Positions 34,883 through 39,806 of a DNA stretch of 39,806 nt are shown here, piece after piece. The stretch spans positions 1 to 39,806 of the forward strand of contig NZBU01000004.1 in the NCBI GenBank assembly GCA_002688035.1, read 5' to 3'. The stretch is from Candidatus Iainarchaeum sp. Lineage in GTDB: Archaea; Iainarchaeota; Iainarchaeia; Iainarchaeales; GCA-2688035. Position 1 is the first letter of the stretch. Each line of letters begins with the position of its first letter. The notes below the pieces were generated by a model. That model searched no databases. It was given only the letters and a program-made list of their open reading frames with translations, and had not been told where the DNA came from. The position numbers and the translations under genes are program-made.

Positions 34883-35059
34883 TCAAATCTTTTCGATTTC
34901 CTTGAAGATTTTATCACTCTTATCTCCAATAACCTTAGCACCCTCTGCACTTGTTTCACGCAACTGAGAAACAAAAAGCAGGACAAGAGCAACAACGGCC
35001 GCAAGAACGATTATCAGTTCTATGGAGATTTGTGCCTTCTGTGAAATATCTTTAAACAT
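34883..35059 (-). CDS. Short type IV pilin-like protein with class III signal peptide (pilin 1, 58 aa). Not in the ORF track.
   Basis: The reverse complement from 35059 reads ATG TTT AAA GAT ATT TCA CAG AAG GCA CAA ATC TCC ATA GAA..., giving MFKDISQKAQISIELIIVLAAVVALVLLFVSQLRETSAEGAKVIGDKSDKIFKEIEKI*. The QKAQ|ISIE motif precedes a hydrophobic stretch. Its TGA stop lies 5 nt upstream of the pilin 2 ATG. Confidence 0.55.
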   Translation of the reverse strand: MFKDISQKAQISIELIIVLAAVVALVLLFVSQLRETSAEGAKVIGDKSDKIFKEIEKI

Positions 35060-35163
35060 AAAAAGGTTGTTCCAAAGAGCTGTTTAAAAAATTTTGCTTG
35101 GCTTCGTTAAAAAGCGAATTATGAGGGGGGTGTTTTTAATGATTTTTATTTTAGAATTTTATT

Positions 35164-35730
35164 ATGCGAACAACAGAAAGAAACGATTTAATTGTGAGCT
35201 GGCTGACAATTAGCGTTGCCTTTGCAATTCTAGCCAGCCCGGGCTTTTTTAATATAACCTCTTTTGTGCTGGCTTTTCCCATAAGCGCGATTGTTGTGGG
35301 CACAGGATTTATTTCCCACGAACTTGCACACAGGCAGGTTGCGCGCAAGTTTGGGGCACATGCAGAATACAGGGCATGGCAGGCCGGCCTCTTGTTCGCG
35401 CTGATCTCCTCTTTTATGGGATTTATTTTTGCGGCACCAGGAGCAGTTTACATTTTTGGTAATATCAGCCGAAAGGAAAATGGGATAATCTCAGTGGCCG
35501 GGCCATTGACAAATATTGCAGTGGGAATTGCTTTTTTCGGGCTTACATTTCTTCAAATCAATGATTGGACTCAGCTTCTTGGGAGAATGGGTTTTCAAAT
35601 CAACATTTTCTTGGCACTGTTTAATATGATTCCCTTCCCACCCTTGGACGGAAGCAAAGTGTTTTCATGGAATCCTGTTATTTGGGGCCTGGTATTTTTC
35701 CCGATAGCTATGGCATTCTTCTTTCTTTAG
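35164..35730 (+). CDS. Site-2-protease-type zinc metalloprotease (M50 family, short form).
   Basis: FISHELAHRQVARKFG contains HExxH within a TM helix. NMIPFPPLDGSKV matches the second M50 signature (NxxPxxxLDG). 188 aa, ~5 TM. Confidence 0.75.
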   Translation: MRTTERNDLIVSWLTISVAFAILASPGFFNITSFVLAFPISAIVVGTGFISHELAHRQVARKFGAHAEYRAWQAGLLFALISSFMGFIFAAPGAVYIFGNISRKENGIISVAGPLTNIAVGIAFFGLTFLQINDWTQLLGRMGFQINIFLALFNMIPFPPLDGSKVFSWNPVIWGLVFFPIAMAFFFL

Positions 35731-35732
35731 AA

Positions 35733-37934
35733 TCAGCCTACATAAGTTGGCTTGTAGGTTGAATAATTTTCCTGGAATTCGTCGTAAGCTTCTTCAGATT
35801 CATCACTGACACTTGGCTTTCTCTTTACCATAACCGCTTCAAAGTGTTTCTTGAGTATGGGTGAGGGCTTGAGGTTGTTTTCTTTCAAAGTTAGGAGCGC
35901 TGCTTCTCTTACTAATCCTTCGAGGTCGGCTCCACTAAAACCATCAGTTCTCTTTGCAATTTCATCCAAGTCAATGTCTTTGCCAAGCATCTTCTTTTCA
36001 GCAATACTTTTTGTGTGTACTTGAAGAATGCTCTTTCTGGCTTCAAGGTCAGGAGCGCCAATTTTAATGAGTTTGTCTATTCGGCCAGGGCGCAGCAAAC
36101 CGGGATCGATAAGATCAGGCCTGTTTGTAGCCGCTATGAATACAACATTGCGCAGTGCCTCTACCCCGTCAAGTTCTGTTAGCAACTGATTTAGAACTCG
36201 ATCACTCACATGGCTGTCGCCTGATTCCCCTCTTCTTGTTGCAATGCTGTCTATTTCGTCAAAGAAAACTATTGCGGGGGCAACCTGTCTTGCCCTTCTA
36301 AATATCTTTCTTATCCCTTTTTCACTTTCACCTACCCACATGCTCAAGAGCTCTGGGCCCTTAATGCTAATGAAATTGGCTTCGCTCTCTGTTGCAACCG
36401 CTTTTGCCATAAGGGTTTTACCACAGCCAGGTGGGCCAAAGAGCAGAATTCCGCTGGGGGGTTTTACACCCATTTTTTTGAATGATTCAGGCTTCTTTAG
36501 TGGCCATTCTACAGCCTGCTTGAGTTCATCCTTCACGTTATTAAGACCGCCAACATTTTCCCATTTAACGTTAGGAATCTCAATTGCCACTTCGCGCAAA
36601 GCAGAAGGCTGAACATCTTTAAGTCCATTCAAAAAATCATTCTTGTTAACTTCAAGGGTCTCCAATACCTCTGTAGGAATTCTCTCTTCTTCCAAATTTA
36701 TTTTTGGGAGATATCTTCGCAGTGCTTTCATCGCCGCTTCTTTTGTAAGGGCAGCAAGGTCTGCACCCACAAAACCATGGGTTATTGAAGCAAAGTAATT
36801 CAAATCAACTTCACCACTACCCTCGGTTGTCAAGGGCATTCCGCGAGCATGAATAAGAAGTATTTCTTTTCTAACCTTTTTGTTTGGAACAGGAAATTCG
36901 ATTTCACGATCAAAACGACCTGGGCGACGCAAAGCCTCGTCAATGCTATTAACACGATTTGTTGCGGCAATAACAATTACATTTCCTCTTGCCTCTAACC
37001 CATCCATGAGCGCAAGTATTTGTGCTACTACTCGCCTCTCTACTTCTCCAACAACATCTTCTCTTTTTGGCGCAATGGCATCTATCTCATCAATGAAAAT
37101 AATGCTTGGAGAATTATCTTCAGCCTCTTTGAATATTTGTCTTATGCGCTCCTCAGCTTCGCCGACAAATTTGCTCATTATTTCGGGAGCGTTAACAGAA
37201 ATGAAATGTGCCTGTGTTTCGTTGGCAACGGCTTTTGCAAGCAACGTTTTTCCTGTTCCCGGCGGACCATATAATAGAACTCCTTTTGGAGGCGCAATCC
37301 CAAGTTTTCTGAACAATTCAGGATGTTTCATTGGAAGCTCAACCATTTCTCTCACTTTCTGGATTTGTTCATCCAAACCACCAATATCTTCATAGGCTAT
37401 ACGGGGTACACCTTCGAGTTCACCTTTGACAGGCTTTTCCTTTAATACAAACTGTGTAAAATCTGTTACTTTCACAGGACCCCTTGGATTTGTGTCAACA
37501 ACCTTGTAAACAAAACCACTTCCAAATATGGGCACCCAAACGGTGTCTCCGGAAGTTAGAGGGCGGCCCAAAAAACTTTTTTTAAGAATTCGATCATAGC
37601 CACTTGCTATTATCCTTACTTCTTGAGTTGGCGCAAAAACAACTTTTTTTGCTTCCTTGACATCGGCTTTTTTTACTGTGACATTGTCGCCAAGGCCTAT
37701 TCCTGCGTTCTGGCGAATAAAGTGATCCATCCTAATTATGCCCTTGCCTTCATCTTCTGCTCGTGCAGGCCAAATTATAGCTGCAGTGTGCTTAGATCCC
37801 TCTATTTCAACGATATCTCCACTTGTAACATTAAGGGTTGTTTTTGTTACACGATCAAGGGTAACGATGTTTCTGCCGACATGGGTTGGATCTGGTTCCT
37901 CAACCTTTAACATCAGCTCATTTTTTCCACCCAT
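35733..37934 (-). CDS. cdc48: Cdc48/VCP-like AAA+ ATPase (N domain + D1 + D2).
   Basis: Two Walker A motifs ([18 protein letters not shown] and [18 protein letters not shown]). Two Walker B motifs ([10 protein letters not shown] and [10 protein letters not shown]). SRH regions are present. The N-terminal double-psi barrel region is present. 733 aa. Confidence 0.9.
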   Translation of the reverse strand: MGGKNELMLKVEEPDPTHVGRNIVTLDRVTKTTLNVTSGDIVEIEGSKHTAAIIWPARAEDEGKGIIRMDHFIRQNAGIGLGDNVTVKKADVKEAKKVVFAPTQEVRIIASGYDRILKKSFLGRPLTSGDTVWVPIFGSGFVYKVVDTNPRGPVKVTDFTQFVLKEKPVKGELEGVPRIAYEDIGGLDEQIQKVREMVELPMKHPELFRKLGIAPPKGVLLYGPPGTGKTLLAKAVANETQAHFISVNAPEIMSKFVGEAEERIRQIFKEAEDNSPSIIFIDEIDAIAPKREDVVGEVERRVVAQILALMDGLEARGNVIVIAATNRVNSIDEALRRPGRFDREIEFPVPNKKVRKEILLIHARGMPLTTEGSGEVDLNYFASITHGFVGADLAALTKEAAMKALRRYLPKINLEEERIPTEVLETLEVNKNDFLNGLKDVQPSALREVAIEIPNVKWENVGGLNNVKDELKQAVEWPLKKPESFKKMGVKPPSGILLFGPPGCGKTLMAKAVATESEANFISIKGPELLSMWVGESEKGIRKIFRRARQVAPAIVFFDEIDSIATRRGESGDSHVSDRVLNQLLTELDGVEALRNVVFIAATNRPDLIDPGLLRPGRIDKLIKIGAPDLEARKSILQVHTKSIAEKKMLGKDIDLDEIAKRTDGFSGADLEGLVREAALLTLKENNLKPSPILKKHFEAVMVKRKPSVSDESEEAYDEFQENYSTYKPTYVG

Positions 37935-37970
37935 ACCTAATTCATTTCCCGCAAGTAATAAAAATCTTAG

Positions 37971-38783
37971 TCACTCCTTCTTTAACTCCACATTTTCCCC
38001 TGGAATTGCGCTGACAATTTCGTCAACCGAAACCTGCACAAGGTTCTTTGAATGTGCCTTTAGGATCTCAAGAATTTCTTTTGCTGTATTGGCAGCTGTA
38101 CCACTCCCTTGCCGTAACTCGAGTGGCTTTGCAACCTTGGTTTTTATAGCTGAGAACGGTCCAACCAAGAGCTGGTTGTTGCTTTTAGCCAGACCAATCG
38201 CCAATTTGAGTGGAGTCTTTTTCAAATACTTTCTTTTTCCTGAAATCATAAATGAACCGGCTGCCAAGGAGGTTCCTGTTGGAGCACTTTTGCTAACCTG
38301 ACTGGCCTCAACAGCATAAACATCTATTGTTGCCAATGAGTTCTTCCAGGCTCTACTAAAAACGGCGGCAAATTGCGCTGCTTCCTGAAAAGTTTTTTCA
38401 GGAATTCTTTTACCAGCTGTTTTGATTATTGTTACCGCACCCCCGGAAATATCTGCGTGCAGGAAAAAATCTTCTTTATCCAAATATTTTTTTACAATCT
38501 GTTCGTTGCTCTTCGCACTTCTCCCTGAAACAACCAGAAAACCATCGGATGAATAAAACCAACGGAAGCTTTCAAACCACTCTTTCTTCTTTTTCTTTTC
38601 AAGGACTGGCTTCTCAACCTGGGTTTTTTGTTGCTTGGCAAGTTTCTTTTTAGTTTCTTCAATGGCCTTCTCTAAGCCAACAAGTTTTCTTTTGGCTTTC
38701 TTGGATTGCTCAAAATATTTAGAAGCATTTTCTTCAACACTTTTCTCAAAGTCAAGTTCAAGCTTCATTGCTTCCCCCACCAC
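37971..38783 (-). CDS. NFACT-R (DUF814) domain protein with N-terminal coiled-coil (RqcH/NEMF C-terminal-domain homolog; CCDC25-like architecture).
   Basis: WFESFRWFYSSDGFLVVSGRSAKSNEQIVKKYLDKEDFFLHADISGGAVTIIK closely matches the DUF814/NFACT-R core (WFEKFRWFISSEG..V.GGRDA.QNE.LVKKYL...D.Y.HAD..GA...I). The N-terminus is K/E-rich and coiled-coil-like. It lies directly upstream of cdc48 on the same strand. Confidence 0.6.
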   Translation of the reverse strand: MVGEAMKLELDFEKSVEENASKYFEQSKKAKRKLVGLEKAIEETKKKLAKQQKTQVEKPVLEKKKKKEWFESFRWFYSSDGFLVVSGRSAKSNEQIVKKYLDKEDFFLHADISGGAVTIIKTAGKRIPEKTFQEAAQFAAVFSRAWKNSLATIDVYAVEASQVSKSAPTGTSLAAGSFMISGKRKYLKKTPLKLAIGLAKSNNQLLVGPFSAIKTKVAKPLELRQGSGTAANTAKEILEILKAHSKNLVQVSVDEIVSAIPGENVELKKE

Positions 38784-39300
38784 TTTTTATGAGTTCAATA
38801 ATCGTTTTTGTTCTGCTCGTGTTTTTGAAAATTGGTTCAACCGAGAAAAAACTCTGGGTGTCCTTAACCAAATCGAAAAAGCCGGGCATTGAACGATACC
38901 TCTTCTGATTTTCAGCATGAAATGTTTCAATGTCACGGTAGACTTGTCTTGTTAGAAAATTCCAGTTTCCATTACCCACAACACTGCTCACCCAGTAGAC
39001 ATGCGGGTCTTTGCCAATGATTTCCATATATTTTTCAAATGTTTTTTGTTCACTCAGGTCTGCTTGGGTAAAACTAAGCACTTCAAGATTGTAACCAAGC
39101 TTGCGAAAACTTACTTTTGGACCATATCCTTGCAATACTCCTTCTTTTTTTAGGAATTCAAGGCTGCTCTTAATGGTTGCTTTGTGGTAACCTGTGTGTT
39201 TTTTTATCTGCCTGATATTTGGTTGGACGCTATGGATCTTAAGTAATGCATTAAGGATGTTGATTCTGATTTCATCAGTTACCTTCATCTGATTTGCCAC
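38758..39300 (-). CDS. Lrp/AsnC-like HTH transcriptional regulator (atypical C-terminal domain).
   Basis: The N-terminal INILNALLKIHSVQPNIRQIKKHTGYHKATIKSSLEFLKKEGVLQGY is a wHTH of Lrp/AsnC type. The start is GTG 39300 or ATG 39288. Its 3' end overlaps the next gene by 26 nt. Confidence 0.5.
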   Translation of the reverse strand: MANQMKVTDEIRINILNALLKIHSVQPNIRQIKKHTGYHKATIKSSLEFLKKEGVLQGYGPKVSFRKLGYNLEVLSFTQADLSEQKTFEKYMEIIGKDPHVYWVSSVVGNGNWNFLTRQVYRDIETFHAENQKRYRSMPGFFDLVKDTQSFFSVEPIFKNTSRTKTIIELIKSGGGSNEA

Positions 39301-39326
39301 AAAACCCCCCCTACGAAGAAAAAAAG

Positions 39327-39351
39327 GTTATTCTATGAATTATAGAATAAC
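39327..39351. promoter_or_regulatory. Perfect 10-bp inverted repeat with a 5-bp spacer (GTTATTCTAT-gaatt-ATAGAATAAC). Candidate operator or promoter overlapping the TATA-like region of the Lrp-like gene.
   Basis: Seen directly at 39327-39351. It lies 27-51 nt upstream of the GTG at 39300 on the coding strand. Confidence 0.45.
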
Positions 39352-39530
39352 AAAAAGCATTTAAGTGTATTTATTGGGACAGGTTAGGTTTCATAATTGT
39401 TATATAGATTGCAGGCGTCTAATATGTTAGAGGAAACACCACTAGGAGGGATCCAAGAGATTGTTGAATCTAGTTGAAGAGGGGTAGGCTCACCGACAAA
39501 ACAGGCTCTTATTGTTTGCTCCTCTTCATC

Positions 39531-39806
39531 CTAATTTTTATTAGCAACCTTTTTCTTCCACTCGTCTTTGGACGGGCAATTATGGTCAATGCACATTTTA
39601 AAGCGGCGCCTGCCTGCAATCACTTCTACCATCAGATTATTACATACAGGACATAGATCCATGGTGGAAGCAATTTTGCCTTTCTGCGGCAGGGGGTAGG
39701 AAGTAGTACACTTCGGATAATTACTGCAGCCCAAAAAGCGTTTGCCACTTACTCTGGCTTTGCGAATTATCATTTCTCCACCGCAGTCCTTTGCAGGACA
39801 TGATCC
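39531..39806 (-). CDS. Partial topoisomerase-type C4 zinc-ribbon protein. It is truncated by the window end, with at least two zf-C4_Topoisom-like fingers.
   Basis: ...GSCPAKDCGGEMIIRKARVSGKRFLGCSNYPKCTTSYPL...CPVCNNLMVEV...CIDHNC. The FLGCSNYPKC motif is typical of Topo I/ligase zinc ribbons. The reading frame is open to position 39806. Confidence 0.55.
   Translation of the reverse strand, partial: GSCPAKDCGGEMIIRKARVSGKRFLGCSNYPKCTTSYPLPQKGKIASTMDLCPVCNNLMVEVIAGRRRFKMCIDHNCPSKDEWKKKVANKN

Noticed and set aside
35139-35163. A short upstream ORF (MIFILEFYYANNRKKRFNCELADN) behind a strong GAGGGGGGTG SD, just before the M50 gene.
   Set aside because: It could be a leader peptide, but it is 24 aa with no recognisable features. 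The SD more likely serves the M50 ATG at 35164 with a longer spacer, or is coincidental.
36244-37395. Antisense ORFs inside cdc48 (36244-36612, 36880-37395, 37020-37274).
   Set aside because: They lie within a high-confidence AAA+ gene on the opposite strand and have Ser/Thr/Pro-rich, low-information translations.

Overview
This 39.8-kb window is AT-rich and gene-dense, and it almost certainly comes from an archaeon. The low GC, many small membrane proteins, leaderless-style TATA promoters and class-III (pilin-type) signal peptides suggest an uncultivated, possibly DPANN-like lineage. All identifications rest on motifs read by eye; no database search was run.

**Positions 364-10369.** Roughly 16 genes all lie on the minus strand. 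They include PriL primase, two divergent PCNA paralogs, a complete CoA pathway block (coaBC-panB-panC plus a eukaryotic fumble-type PanK), a minimal 2TM K+ channel, Dph6-like diphthamide synthetase, signal peptidase I, DUF99, RpoL and exosome Csl4.

**Remainder of the window.** Recognisable genes include:
- SpoIIM-like membrane protein, stomatin with a partner protein, DUF373 and membrane LonB.
- RNase Z, an MFS transporter, a sugar nucleotidyltransferase and an MBL-fold hydrolase.
- Nob1, PheS/PheT, the RFC large subunit, Orc1/Cdc6 and endonuclease IV.
- An M50 protease, Cdc48, an NFACT-R (DUF814) protein, an Lrp-like regulator and a partial topoisomerase-type zinc-ribbon protein.

No rRNA, tRNA or CRISPR array was found.

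**Observations worth a second look:**
- 20520-21850: a tandemly duplicated two-gene cassette of small membrane proteins, followed by a fifth small membrane ORF.
- 31699-35059: a candidate accessory or virus-like cell-envelope module. It holds a Zot/viral-like P-loop NTPase, a Cys-rich secreted protein with a PEF-CTERM-like anchor, a membrane-anchored ArsR regulator and two tandem type-IV-pilin-like genes that the ORF track missed.
- 35733-38783: an NFACT-R protein directly upstream of, and co-oriented with, Cdc48, which suggests a ribosome-quality-control-like link.
- 28021-29019: a very basic protein built from about five HTH-like repeats.
- 1-178: the partial 3' end of a gene made of DNA tandem repeats that encode a KRKAKK polycationic protein.
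- 39327-39351: a perfect 10-bp inverted-repeat operator-like site upstream of the Lrp-like gene.
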